A DNA stretch of 64,000 nt from Amphiscolops sp. MND2022 (taxonomy: Eukaryota): NCBI GenBank assembly GCA_964187785.1, contig OZ076409.1, positions 52,454,001 to 52,518,000 of the forward strand, written 5' to 3'. The translations under genes were made by a program, and so were the position numbers. The notes under the pieces are model-generated. The model was not told where the DNA came from. It made no database searches and saw only the letters and a program-made list of their open reading frames with translations. This document shows positions 38,468 to 51,944 of this stretch, in pieces (positions within the stretch are counted from its first letter, which is position 1; each line of letters opens with the position of its first letter).

Positions 38468-41400
38468 CGGGAAGCGGATAAAGTTGTCTTCCGGAATACA
38501 GAAAATGATTATCTGTTCAAGTAAAAATTAGAGATAAACTCGTGCAGGAGGGTATAAGTAGCTTGAAGTTTGTAAACTAAGGCACTCAGTCTTCCTGCTT
38601 TTGAAAAACATTGGTTTGTGAAGTTCCTAAGTAGCCTCTGCTTTGCCTTAAATACAAAACTTTGTAATCCGAATTACCAATTCAAAATCTCAAATCACGA
38701 ATTTTTTCATCAAGATGTCATCCATAAGCCAAAAGCTAAGAAATAATCAACAGAAGAACACCGAAATTGTTAATTAAACCATAACTTCTCCAGTTTTGGA
38801 AGAAAATGCAGACTTGGGTGATCAGGAAGTTGTAGTTGCGGGAACTTCATCTGCCAAGTTCCCTAAGATTGAAAATAGAGTCCTAAAAGCGCTGAGAGCT
38901 CCACTGAAGGAAAAAACAACTTCTGAGATCAGAGGACTCCTTGTTGAATCCCAAAGTAAACGTTTGAAACTGCTGAAGCCTAAAACAAACGAAAACGTTA
39001 TAGAACAGGATGAAAACACCCTAGAAGGTGAGCCTAGAGAATTTTATACACCGACAAGATGTGTGAGGATTAGTTCTACTCTAAACGACGACACAAACGC
39101 AATTCGTAACATTGTGGCATGAGTTGTAAATGACTCCACCAACTACCTGGAAAAGACGAATATAAGATCCCAAAGTCAACCAGCGCTCAAAGAGCGTCCC
39201 ATAGTTGCCAGGTTGCTTTTCGCACCGGATAGGGCCGACAACACCACGTTACCCATGCCAAAGGTAATAACAGCGTCGATCCCAACATTCGACAGGAAAA
39301 TTGAAAAATTCGAGCTATTCGAAGATCTTTTCCGTTATACCATCAAGATGTACTCACATCTCACAGAAATACGAAAGATTAACTACTTCCACTCCTTACT
39401 CCAAGGAGACGAACATCAGGCATTTCCAAGCTTAGAAGACTCCAAAAAAGATTCCCTTGACGAAATAATGAAAGTGTTCAAACGTCGTTTTGGCGATTAC
39501 CTCTCCATGGCCAAAGTACGCTGCGAATAGGACGCACTCAAATTCGACCCCACAACGCAGAAACTACACGAATTCCCGGACATACTCCAAAAAGCCTTTG
39601 GAGGCCATTGGAGCAGAAGCTCAAAAGTTTATAGACAGAGCAATCTATGCCACGTGCCAGACTATGTACAGAAGATACTGAATCGCGCTTAACTGGAAGA
39701 CAAACCGTTCAATGATATAGTCCTCCACCTAGAACGGAAGATGGGATTATATGGGCTAGGATCACCAGACGAAGTCAACCTTGTCCCACAAAATACGATC
39801 GAGCAAACCCATCCTCAAATAGAACAAGAACCTGCACTGTTTAAAAATTTGAGATACATTGCAACAGACCAAACGGAAAAACGGACCTAATAACCACGAT
39901 GCAGGTAACAGACCAAAATGCAACACGTGCGGCAAACCTCACAAAACGGAAGATTGTTGCCACGGAGCTAACGCAGCCAACGATCCAAGGCTAAAACGCA
40001 ACCACCAAACCAAGAGACAACCAGAAAAAACCGTAAAAACAACGACAGCAACCACATTAGATGGATCATAAAACTAATCACGCCGCGCCTGCGTTTCGGG
40101 GAAACAGTAGACACGAGAGCGTACCTAGAAGTAGACCCCCCATAAATCACACTCAACCTTCAATCACTACCTACAACGGAGTACTATCAGAGGATTGGCA
40201 ACGACGACAAAAGATTGCAGCAACAAAAAGACATAACGCAAAAAACGAATTTCAACAATAATACACTGAATGGTTTAGTGAATCCGAAGACCGATATATG
40301 ACAATCAGAAGAGCATTACCAAACTCAAACAAGGAAGGCACAATTTCCTCTGACAAAGACCGCCAACGGCATCACGAGAATGAACAAGATTAAACTACCC
40401 AACCCGCTCCTACCTCCAAAGATGACGACACTGAATCGCCAAATACCCATGAGAACGCCCGTGACGAACAATCTTCGACACAACCGTCATCGGAAGTCCA
40501 CACCGTCTCCACCAGCGCAATAACAAAACCTTTCCCGGGCGATCTCCTCGAATGACTCAACTCCATCAGAGAATATATCACCAGAAAGGACGTAGACACT
40601 TGCCTACGCCTACTTTCGATCAAACTACTCAAATAACGAAGCAGGATGCAAGCTCAACCAACCACATGAATTTGGAGAATTAACGATGGACGGACTAGTA
40701 GATTCAAGAGCATTCATCAAGACTAAGTCATGATCAGACTATAATGTGAACAAAGTGAACAGCGAAAACTCTGTCATCGAAGAATACCCCCAACCACCTT
40801 TCAATATCGATTGTGCGAATGCACAATTAGAACAACCCATCGCTACAGCGGACATCCAATTCAATTGTGGAACCTACACATTCAAGGACACAATCGTCAT
40901 CCTCTCAAAAACGTCTTTCCCTATAATCGGATTGAAGTTCGTGAGAAATCACCCAACAGTTATTGATACAGCGAATGGAACAATCAACTTCCGCACGTCG
41001 AAATGACGCTAGCCATGTCCGACGAAATGAAGAATTGCAACCCCAAACATTTCCAAATCCTAGCAAAGTGGAATCAAACGCTACTCTCACAACGAACCAC
41101 GACAGTAGCAGCAAGATTTAACACCACCAACACAAACGATGCCACAGGAACAGTCCAACCACTAGCAAAACTTGGCGAAACGGCAAACATAATCGTCGCC
41201 CCAGTATTAGCATCATCCCACAGAAACGAATCAACATCAGAATAGCCAATGTAACAGACTTCCCTTACACCATCAAAAACCATACCAAAATAGCAGAACT
41301 CCAAATCCTCAAGCCTCAGGAAACAAAACAAATGCGACCAAAAGACGCCGCTACACAAAAACTCTTAGAAGACCCAGATGACACACTTATATACGTCAAC

Positions 41401-44400
41401 GAAATCATAAAAACCAGGAAAGGAGAGCAGAATGACGAAACTTCTGGTTCCTTACTCCCGAAAACTCGAGGATGACCACACACCGATACAACGTCGTATA
41501 CGTTAAAAAATACAAGAACTAATCAAAAAAGAAGAATCGGACAGAACTAAAGATACAGAATCGAGGAAAGCATTCCTTAGTATGTTCAAATGGGAAGGCC
41601 CACACATCAAAAGAAAGGACAGAGAACAATTAGAACAAACAATAGTAGAATACAACGACATATTTGCGCGTCACCGACTAGACATTGGCATCAACAACAA
41701 CTTTAAAGTGAAGCGTACACGCAAAGACGAAAGTCCAGTATACACACAGAGTTTACCAGTCCAAATCAATATGAGAGAAGATCTTACAGTAAAATTAGCG
41801 CTCATATAGTTACGGCATATAACATCTCTGCCTTTCTCAAAATACTCCCGGGCACTTTTCGCACAACGAAAACCAAATGGCAAATTGCGACTACTCGTCG
41901 ACCTGCGGAAAAAAACGCGCCAATCTCAGATGATTATATAGTCAACAATCATCCAGTTAGCAACTTGTCTGACGCAGCTCAACACCTAGCAGGTGAAAAA
42001 CGTTTCTATAAACTAGACTACTTACCACGGTCTACAAATGGCAGACCAAAGATCAAACGCGATATTAGCATTTAACTTTGCCAGCAGAACCTTCGCATAG
42101 AAAAGACTGGCACAATGCCTAAGCAGAGCCCTAAAGACATTTTCCAGCTTTGAGCGTAATTACCTAGACAAAGTAATTAAAGCGCACCATTGTGCACAAT
42201 ATGTTGATGACATCAGTTTTGCTGCAAATACAGTGACGCAACTAATACGCAATATCCGAGCAGTAATTAAATGCATCAAAAAAGCAGGAGTCAAGCTGAT
42301 CATCGAAAAAGGCCACTTTGGAGTCACGGAAGTCGAGTTTCTAAATAAAACAATCACCCCCTCAAGACCACAAAATCAAAAAATTCCTTGCGAACGTGCT
42401 ATTTACCAAATCGAAAAAGCAAGTTCAAAGAAACATCGAATTTGTCAAATACTACCGTAACTATAACCCACACTCATCTGAGAAACTACTCGGATTTTTT
42501 GATCTCTTGAAAGCAGACAAACAAATTTGAATAACGGAAGAGCTGCTAGATAATTACAAGGGCCATCAACGCAGCACTAGCAGACGCGTGCGGATTGGCA
42601 CTCAAACAGCCAATCACAGGACGACAAAACGCTTTGATGATGGATGCCAGCTTTCGCGCCTCTGGCTACGCGCTAATGATAGAAGAAAATGATGAAAAAA
42701 AAACAGAATAAAAAAAACGTTCGCACCAGTCGCGTTTGGATCAAAAGTGTTCTCGCCCGCACAATTAAAACTGTCATTTTACTGCAAAGATGTCCTAGCA
42801 AATCACCATGCATTCCTAGATTAAATCCACATTCTGTGCAAAACAACTTTATCAACACTCGTAAAGACCGACAAAAAATCATCAGTAGTTCGTTTCATTC
42901 AAACAAAAGCAATTCCTCCTACATTATGGAAAGCCTGCGAATTATGTCCTGCAATTAAATTTTTATATAATGCACGTAGCAGGGACGCAAAACAACTGTG
43001 CCGATTTTCTGCCAAGAAACAACCTAAATCTCAGAGAGCGAGTTGAAATTAAAATAAAAGAAGACATAACAACCCGACCAATACAAGTGATCGTACTATC
43101 GACGGAGGTGCGGACGAAGAACAGTTTTTATTCCTACCAGAAGAAACAATCGAGACCGAAGAAGAAAATCAAGAAATCCTTCTCCAAAAAAAGCGAGACA
43201 AAACGCAGGCGACGAGGAAACAACAAAAATTAAAACGACCATCAAAGGAACGGCTCCAATACTAATAAACAAAGAATCTTCTACCTTCGGCGCAAAGAAG
43301 AAGATCCACGCATTACAGTTGAACAAGACACGGACCCAGTATTCCAAGCAATGAAAAGGAAAGTAAATTGTGAAAACTTTGATAAACACCTACTACAAAC
43401 CCATCCGAAATCCAAACGCCTAATAGTGCAAGAAGAAAGACTTATAGTCAAAGACGGCCTACTCATGCGAAAAAACAACGGGGAGTGTGGACAAGACAAA
43501 CATCACCCGATATTTATTCCCGAACACCTGATAGCTGAGCTGTACAAGGCAATACACGGACAGATGGGAAAACATTCAGGATTAATAAAAATGATTCGAG
43601 AATCAGGTCAAAGTATTACTGTCACGGACTAGCTAGAAGAATCAGACACTGGCTACTAAATTGCGAAGATTGCATCAAAGAACTGAAAATCGCCAATTCC
43701 GACCGAAATTGATCAACAATACAGAGTACGTTTCGTGACCACAGGATATCCTAGAAATAGATATTTTACCAAACCTACCAAACTCCGCAGGCTACCAAAA
43801 GATCGTTATTATAATAGACGTCTTTTCGCGATACCTAATCGCATATCCAACCCAAAACGTCACTGCCAAAACAATTGGACGACGCAGAGTCGACGTCATG
43901 ACGAGGCACGCATATTTGCCAACACTCATCCTATCGGACAAAATCTCACACTTCCGATCAGAAGTCGTTACAGAAATAGCATAGATACTAGAAATCCAAT
44001 TCAGCAACGCCTACACCAAACATGCACAGACAATTGGGATTCTGGAAAGAACTCATGCCTCTATTAAAACGGCACTTAAAGTCTCGACGGGGGAACGACG
44101 ATCCATGTGGCACAAATAGGTACAAATAGCAGTCACGAACCATCCACGGTAGCTCATGGGCGAAATCCTTACAATGTTCTTTACTAAAACTTAGGCATAA
44201 TACCGAAGTGAAAAACTACGACCAACTCGGATATTGCAGAACAACTACCAAAGCGAATTGACGAAGTACGCGCGACATCAAGAAGACAACATCATGCTAT
44301 TTTATCTCAAATACAAAAAAGTTACGACCGCAATGCGTCTGCAACCCTACTATAACTATACGACTACTGCTATATCATTAACCCGAAAGCAGACAATCAA

Positions 44401-44548
44401 TCACCAAAATTCGCATTCCAAGATTGCACCTGGCAGGTAATAAAAGTACTGTCAAACAATAATTATACAATCAGAAAAATTGGTCCAAGATACGCGCAAA
44501 CAGTACACAGAATCAGAATACGTCCTTATGTGCCAAAACAACGTGCAA

Positions 44549-46728
44549 GGTGAGTTGAGTTTTTTTTTCCATTGGCGCATCTAAAACCAACATAAAGTAC
44601 AAATCGGCAGTCCGCACAATGTCTTCTGATTCCTAATTTCTGATTCTGATAGTTTTCTTCTCCACCACTTGGTTGATACGAACGTAATATGGGGCAATTT
44701 CTGCGATTGGGCAATTACGGCAACCTTTAATCGAATCAGCCGGGGACTCTCGTAGTGGGTCCTCACCTTGGTGGAGTTTCGCCGCCGAAGTCCTTGAAGT
44801 ATCCGCCCTTCTTTGTCTCTTATCATATGTTGTTCCTTTTTTCAGGAGTTTGCAAAACTTTGGATTCCTCCAAGAAAAACTTCATTGTCTTCGTGTTTGT
44901 TGATGGTTCCGGTCTGTTAATGTTCGGTCTCTATGTTCGGTCTTATTCTTTCCCACTAAATTGTGCATCCGAGCCATATTGTGTCTTGTTTCATATTGAC
45001 AATTTTTCCCTCTCGTTCTGTAGTTTTGTCAGTATCCATCCTAGTTTTCGACAAACATCTTCTTTTTTCCCGTGTGTTACGACGATGATGTCATTTAGTC
45101 ATACGGGGGATTGGAGACTGGATGCTCAGGCTATTTTCTGTTGAAAGATTGTGGTATATTGACTGGTACGTAGAAATCCTTCATGAAACTATTTTACCTG
45201 TTGATATTTTCTCCCGTGGCTGCGGTGTTGCATTGTTTGCTGGATTCAGGTGCAAAACGCATTTGTTTCGTATTCGTAGATGAGATCTACTACTGATGTC
45301 CAATTTTGTTGAATACCGCTTTTTGATAAATCTGAGGATATTTGGTTCAGTAGTTCATCCATATTTGATTTGTTGAACCTGCTCTTTATGCAGTTTTTAT
45401 TTATATTGCGTGCGTCCGGGGTATTTGTCATTGATTTGTGTTTTTCATCTATAATAACTACGGTAGTTACGAATCCGTATTTTCCGATCGCTTTTTATCT
45501 TTCCAAATGTCCGGTTTTTATCAATCTATCTAGCTCGTTTTTGACGTCGATTTTTAGACGGTACGATATCGCATGTGCTTCTTTTGTTTTGAGTAACATT
45601 CCAGTTTTGTTTGTGTTCTTACATCCTGATTTTTGATTGCTTGTAGCGATTTTTGCTGTTGTACTCTGTTTCCCTTCACTTTTCTCCACATGAACCTGTT
45701 TTAATTTTCGTTCACATTGCTATGACTTTTTAACGGTTATTTATCTTTCCTGTTGTACATTGTGGATTGTTTTGCTAATTTGTACATTATCGCGGACGTT
45801 CTACTGTTCCTTCTTCTTTTGAACTTGCCACGTTTATGTAATTTATTCCCTATTTTCAAGTTGCGTTTGTATTTCTTCGACGAACTTGTGCGAAACCCCG
45901 TATTTTCTGGCAATTGTTGCATTTCAACAGTTTAGCTGAGCAGTTGAGCTGTGGTGTCCAGTTCGGTTTGCAAGATCCGTGGTTGTTTTTCTTTTGTGTT
46001 TGGTTTTCTTGGTTGCTGTTCTTGGTCTTGTTTTTTTCGGGATTCTTTTTTGTGTTGTGTGCATTTTCGGAATTACATCATGATATTATTTGTGGTTTCT
46101 TTTACGATTGGAGGTGGTTTTGTCGATTGTTTGTGTCGTCCGTCGTAACTGTTTGGTGTGATAAATTCCATGGTTGTTCTAAGATTTAGCGTTCTTTTGC
46201 GGAATAATTTCAGTTTCTCCCTGATTAGTTTCTTTGTCGGTTATACTGAAAAAAGTGAGTTCTTTTCTAGTGATATTGGATTCTTCCACTGTTCTTCGGG
46301 TGTTTTTGTCTTCTTCCTACATAATGCAGAAATATCCCTTGAATGTTTATCTTTGCTATGTAGAGTTCTCTGAATTATGGTAGTATTTTGTCGGTTTTGA
46401 TGGATTGTGCGTCCGTTCTGACTTCTTTTTTATTGATATGCTTAATTGCCGTTGGTCCCGTTTCTTTTTCGTCCCACCTTTCGACAGCTGGTACTGTTTC
46501 ACCTGTTATGTGATCTGTTGAATGTAGATGGTGTGGATTCTTGTGATATAATGCTACTTTTTATAATCCATTTCCTCTTTTCCTGTCGAGTCTAATGTCT
46601 CTAGATGTGGTAGCTGTAAATTGTTCGTTTTGATCATTGTTGGTTCCTTGTCGAAAAAACTTTTCGGTATTGGGCAGAAAATTTTGTCTTGCTCTCTGCG
46701 CCATATTAGTATCTCTATTAGTTAGATT
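44549..46728 (-). mobile_element. Internally deleted Ty3/Gypsy element 3 (different family)
   Basis: PBS-like TGGCGCAGAGAGC ending at 46703 (resembles tRNA-Ser-type PBS); RT remnants 'VKNELDRLIKTGHLE' and 'NMDELLNQIS'; integrase-region remnant near 44600-44800. Confidence 0.7.
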
Positions 46729-49338
46729 AACAAGCCAGGAACGGCCCAAGTCGGCGCCATACCTAAGTCTCAAAAATAGCAAAAAGACTTCAAAGTATCG
46801 AGTTCTTTTTCTACAGTACCCGTGTGTTGACCCAGACTATGTGGCAACTCGTAAATGTCTTCTCGTTGGGAAGATGGACCAGGTTCGGTCAAGTCAGATT
46901 CGACCACTTTGGTATTTGCGGTTACCGGAGTTTTGTCTGACAAAGAGTCAATTTTAGACGAAAAGTTTTCAATCATCTTTAATAACTCCCTCTGTCCCAC
47001 TTCAGTATCCTTAATCCGACGACATACAGATTTCTCTATTTTCTCAAACAATTCCGAAAAGTCTTTATCAGATATGCTGGGGAAATTTTCTGTTCTCAAA
47101 CTGGACGTCTCAGGTTCGCCTATGGAACTTGACACTGAAACCCTCCTGGCTTTCCTTTTCGAGGATCTTTCTGGCATTTTGGATTTTGAATTTTGCGAAC
47201 TTATACTAGTGAGAATAGAAGAAGTTGAGAGTTTCGAAATTTATTGATTTCACGGGCGAAAAGAACAAGGTTGTTTTCAAAAGTGGTTAACAAATTTTCA
47301 ATTAAAATTATCCAAATTTTACAGATATATACCTTCCGCAAGCTAGTGAGCGGGAAAATCCATCACGCATTCACGCTTCATTCAGCCTGGCGTCCTTCCG
47401 AGGCGAGGAAACCGGAAGTTCAGTTCCGCTTTGTCGAACTCGGACTCTCAGTTTGTTCATGCTTCCCGGGGAAAGCACGCGTCCACTTCCTGTCTGAGTT
47501 GCGACTCCGCTTCCCTTCACCTCCAATTCCCGCCTCTTTGCGACGCCGAAGCTGAGTTCAGCAGCAAAATGTACAATGACTCATAAATTTGCTTTCAAAA
47601 GAATAGGGAAAAAAGCAACGATACAATTATGATTATTTTCTGGAGATTGAAAATCTCCCAAATTATTCGAATTAAATACTGCTCTGGTCAATGATCACAT
47701 TAACAAACTGCAAAAACGATTTGTAAATCCCTTCAGTGGACATGAAAATGCTAAATAACCACAATGGAAAAATCCAAATCCCAGGCGGTGGTCCGGGACG
47801 ATTTGGAAAAGTCGAAGGAATATTCCATGAACAAAATTTTGTAGCAACGAAACAAAGATTTACATGAAAATAAGTCATCCCAGGGACACTATTTGGGACG
47901 TTAATTAACCTGGTTACAAAAGAATTTGCTTGGGAGAAATAATACGGCACAGTTTAAGAATTTTAGTCTCAGGCCGGGGTCTGGGCAATGGTTTCATATT
48001 ACCAGATGATTGAACATAGTTGCATGAGTAAATTATCACAGATAGCACGCAATCAGCCATTATTATTTGCAATTACACATATCAGGTCGTGGTTTCATTG
48101 AGGGAATGTAAAAATAACTGTAGCACCATTATTTTCATTTCAGGAGTGTGTTCTGACATTTTTCATCTCAGGCCACGTCCTGGGCCGCAGTCCGGTGCGT
48201 TTAGAAAGTGAACATTGTTACATGAACAAAACTGCTACAAATTACATGCAATTAACGGTTATCATTTAAAATCATGAGTATTGGTTCATGGCTTCATTGG
48301 GAAAGGCAGAAAATCATTATTAACATCATCATCTTCCATAAAAATGGATTTCTATGCGTTTTATTCTCAGGCCGTGCCTCAGGCCGTGGTATTCAATTTC
48401 TGTACGTTCGTTGTTTTCATTCAATCACTTGTACAGTAATACGCGTTGCATCGTTCAATTCGCATACAAAATGCTTTACCAGGTTAATGCTCATACAATA
48501 GTACTGCACTATGCTGTTAATTAGCAGCGCACAGCATATTTTGATTTCAGGCCACACTCGCCTGGCCGGCGGTTCAGTTCTTAAATCTCAGGCCGGTTGC
48601 CAGGCCGCGGTTCCGCTATTGTTATCATTTATATAGCACTAATTAATATTATTAACTGCACTAACAGCTTTTTACTGGTTGGTACACTGTGTGTGTATGT
48701 ATATATTAAGTAATTCTGTATATATGTACATATACATGTTTAAGTCTAATTTTAGCTCCGAAATAATTTAAAGTAATGATTATATATATTAGCACTAAAT
48801 TAGTTGTATATTAGTTATTTCACTTGCCTTTCCTTTTCTTTTACTCTAATCCCAACTTCCTTCTTCGTAGACCGCGCTTGCTACGTGACAGGTCTCACAG
48901 CTTAGCTGGGGCTGTGACAACCCGAATGAGGAAAAAAATTCTCCACAAATTTTCTCAAGATTTTTTGGATGTCTCTGGTTTGTCGCATAGTACCAAAAAA
49001 TGTAAGAGGGGGTTGCAAAATGGAGAAATATTGAAGGGGGGACTCTTTGGAGACTTTTAAAATATATTGCGAAACAAAATTTCACAAAGTCGTAAAAAAT
49101 GGTCAAGGGCGAGACTCGAACCCATCTCCTTCTGCTTGGCAGAACTCAAAAAATCCTAATTAGCCTCTATGCCAAGTGCCAGTAGAAGTAACAATTTAGT
49201 GTGGCATTTAGTGTTAGTGGGAGCCAGCTTATGAAGCTTATGAAATCTGTCATTTCCTTCGTCTTAAAAAAAAAAGAGAAAAAGAAAAGTCACTGCTATA
49301 GTCTGCGTTTTCTTCGAAAAGCGACGACTGATAAAAAC
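46729..49338 (-). mobile_element. HINE-family copy split by a solo LTR
   Basis: 3' stem-loop and subTIR at 46729-46760; the family sequence stops at 46822 and resumes colinearly at 48920; 5' end AGTCGTCGCTTTTCGAAGAAAACGCAGACT at about 49300-49330. Confidence 0.75.
46823..48919 (-). mobile_element. Solo LTR (2097 bp) with an intact Gag-start-like ORF
   Basis: TG...CA termini and a perfect 5-bp TSD ACCCG (46818-46822, 48920-48924). TATA-like GGTATATA at about 47330 precedes ORF 47177->46770 (MPERSSKRKARR...). Confidence 0.85.
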
Positions 49339-51944
49339 GCGAAGATACATCTAAATTTTACAATTTAACTGTAATTTCTCGCCTCATGAACAATAATAAT
49401 TAATCGTATAGAATAAAAAAAGACTGTCCATCAATTAGAGTTTGCGAGTAAACAGGACGCCCGCTAGGGCACCTGGATCTTTTCCGCCTCAATTGGCCAA
49501 CAATTGAGACTTAATCGAAAATTTTACCTCCTCCTTGGTGAAACGAAATTTACTTCGGATAAAACAATTTACTTCGGTAACGTTAGAGTTCGGATATAGC
49601 GTGCTGTGACAATTGGGGGCGCTTGTTTTCGATCCTCTGCCTCCTCCTTAGTATAACGCAATAATATATATAGAGTGGAGTAAAATGTGGAGAGTTGGCA
49701 GAGTTTGGCGAAAAAAAAACGGAACAAAAATTATAATTTTTCTCCCCCTACACAGTGAATTGTGGGGCGGAACGAAATAACTATCTGTCTGGATGACTTC
49801 TTTAATTAGGCCTGGAACTGTAAACTAGTTGACCTCTATCGGCTTCAAGGAGAAGACGTAGGTTCGAAAATAGTGCTCCCATGTGGCCCAGCACGCTATA
49901 TTGGAACGTTTCAAACGTTTGCCGAGCCCGAAAGGCACCCTTTGGATGTTTAGACCCTTTTATGTTAGGTTTCCATTGAAAAAGTTGTGAGCATTTTTTT
50001 GAAACGTTTTTGCGCTAACAAATTTCTCGTCCAAACAGATCCTGGAATTTCGGAATTCTCGGAAATCTCGGATTCAAACTTTCGGTCGCTACCGAAATAT
50101 CTTGAATCAAACTCTTAGTTTTTTTTATTCAAAACATTTTTTTATGGCCAGAACACGGTCAATCTCTAAATTTCATATGGTTTCAGGCATCAAGTTACAA
50201 CAAGCGATTGGAATTTTTAAGAGCTGTTAGGGGCCATGTGTCTTAACCATGCTCCTAAGTACACCGTGCTTCGTAATACCCCTTCTCTCCCCCGAAACAA
50301 AAACACCTTTCATTCTTGAAAAAAAACTCTTGCATAAATAAAATTCTTGCAAAAATTTTGGATGGTTACAAATACTTGGACGATAATCTCTACACCTGAT
50401 TTGACACTTCCAGCCAAGAATGCATCCAGACGATACATTTTTGGTCACAAAATGATCCTAGTTTTACTATTTTTACATTGTTTCAGTTAAAAGTTGCTCA
50501 TATTATTCTATGGTGGAGAAAATTTTTTATTTAAAATTGGGGGTCTTTCTATGCGATTTTGGGTTGTTTCAGGCATGAACTTTTTGTATTGGAGGGTCTT
50601 GGTATTTGTACCTTGTTTCTTATGTTACCAACCCGCTTGAAAGGCGTGGCCGCTTGAAAGGGAATAAAAATTAGTATTACAAAAAAGTGTTACCTCAGGT
50701 CATTTTGAAGAAACTCAATAAAAGCTTGAACCGCAAAAGTAGCACGTTCTGTTGAAAGCTAAGATTGTGCAATGAAAATCGAAGGGATCGATTCTAATTT
50801 ATAAATAACTGTCGACAGAGTTTGGGAACTTTGTTAAATCTTTATTTTCAGAGCAAATAAATAATTCAAACGAACCAAATCTTGGATTTGGTAAAAATTC
50901 CAAATACGATGAAAACAATGTTTGCGTTAAAACGATGGTTCAACTATAACAATCAGGTAGAGCTGAACGGCCAAATAGAATGTTTATTTGGAGCTACATC
51001 AATATTCAAATATTCACTTTTTGCAATATTGACATCTTTGGTGTGAAGTTCACTCGTACTTCTTTGACTTTTTTTCCAAGAAGTTTCAAATTCCATAAAT
51101 TTTTGTCCCGAAAGACAGACAAAATTGTTTTTTGTTAATGTGAGCAATTCAAAAAATTTCGTTAAACACCCATGATGAGAAACCACGTGCGTCTAAGCAT
51201 GTTCCAGCCATGTTTTTTTTTCATCATTTAATTGGCGAACAATAGAGGTTCAAACAATATCTTAACGGATTGTAATTCATAGACCTCGTGTAGTCTACGA
51301 TGAATAAAAAACGTTAATTAGTGCTACTCAACGTTCATTCGCACTTTCCCATATTCAATTGACAACATGGAAAAGTGCGAAACAGCGTTGATTAGCACTA
51401 ATTAGCTCTAATTAACGCCCCATGTTTTTTCAAAAGATAAATTGAAGACCCTAGTTGAAACGGCCGGGCCTTTTTACATGCTGCAGACTTTCATGCTGGG
51501 TAGGGTTTTAAACATAGAAAATTCAGACTGCGCGCAGCGAAAAAACTTGAAATTATACTGCATGTTTGGAATTACTGGCAGCGTTTCACTGAGGGTTGGA
51601 GAAATCAGTGCAACATGCAGATTTTTTGAGAAAACTTCCCTGAAACACATAATTTTCTGAACGCAAAAAGCGCAAACGTGAGAAAAACTCTCAATCTCAA
51701 CATTGAAACTTGGGTAAGTTCTCTTTTGTTGGAATCCCTAGTTGAGACTGCTTGAACTTTTTACATGCTGCAGGGCTGCATGCTAGGTAATTTTTAAAAA
51801 AACCTGGAACATTCAGTGAACTTCGGGTGGTAAATCTTGTAGAATTACACTGCATTCTCCACTACTGCAAATGTTTGATCACGTTGTATTCACACATTAA
51901 TTTCTCAACTATTCGTCTGATATAATCACCACTTCTCAAACGTC

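Larger units (their letters stand above)
37453..44548 (+). mobile_element. Decayed Ty3/Gypsy element 2 (5' LTR 37453-39111, gag-pol, 3'-truncated in integrase)
   Basis: LTR bounded by the perfect inverted repeat TGTTACG..CGTAACA. Capsid-like EKFELFEDLF..KINYFHSLL, knuckle CNTCGKPHKTEDC, protease GLVDS, RT CAQYVDDI, RNase H DASF, integrase HHCC and ERTH. Same lineage as element 1. Confidence 0.9.

Noticed and set aside
44755..46373. Plus-strand Phe/Leu/Val-rich ORFs as membrane proteins
   Set aside because: They are the antisense shadow of A-rich retrotransposon gag/pol sequence.
50227..51186. Short minus-strand ORFs as upstream RNF213-like exons
   Set aside because: No recognisable homology and no convincing paired splice sites.
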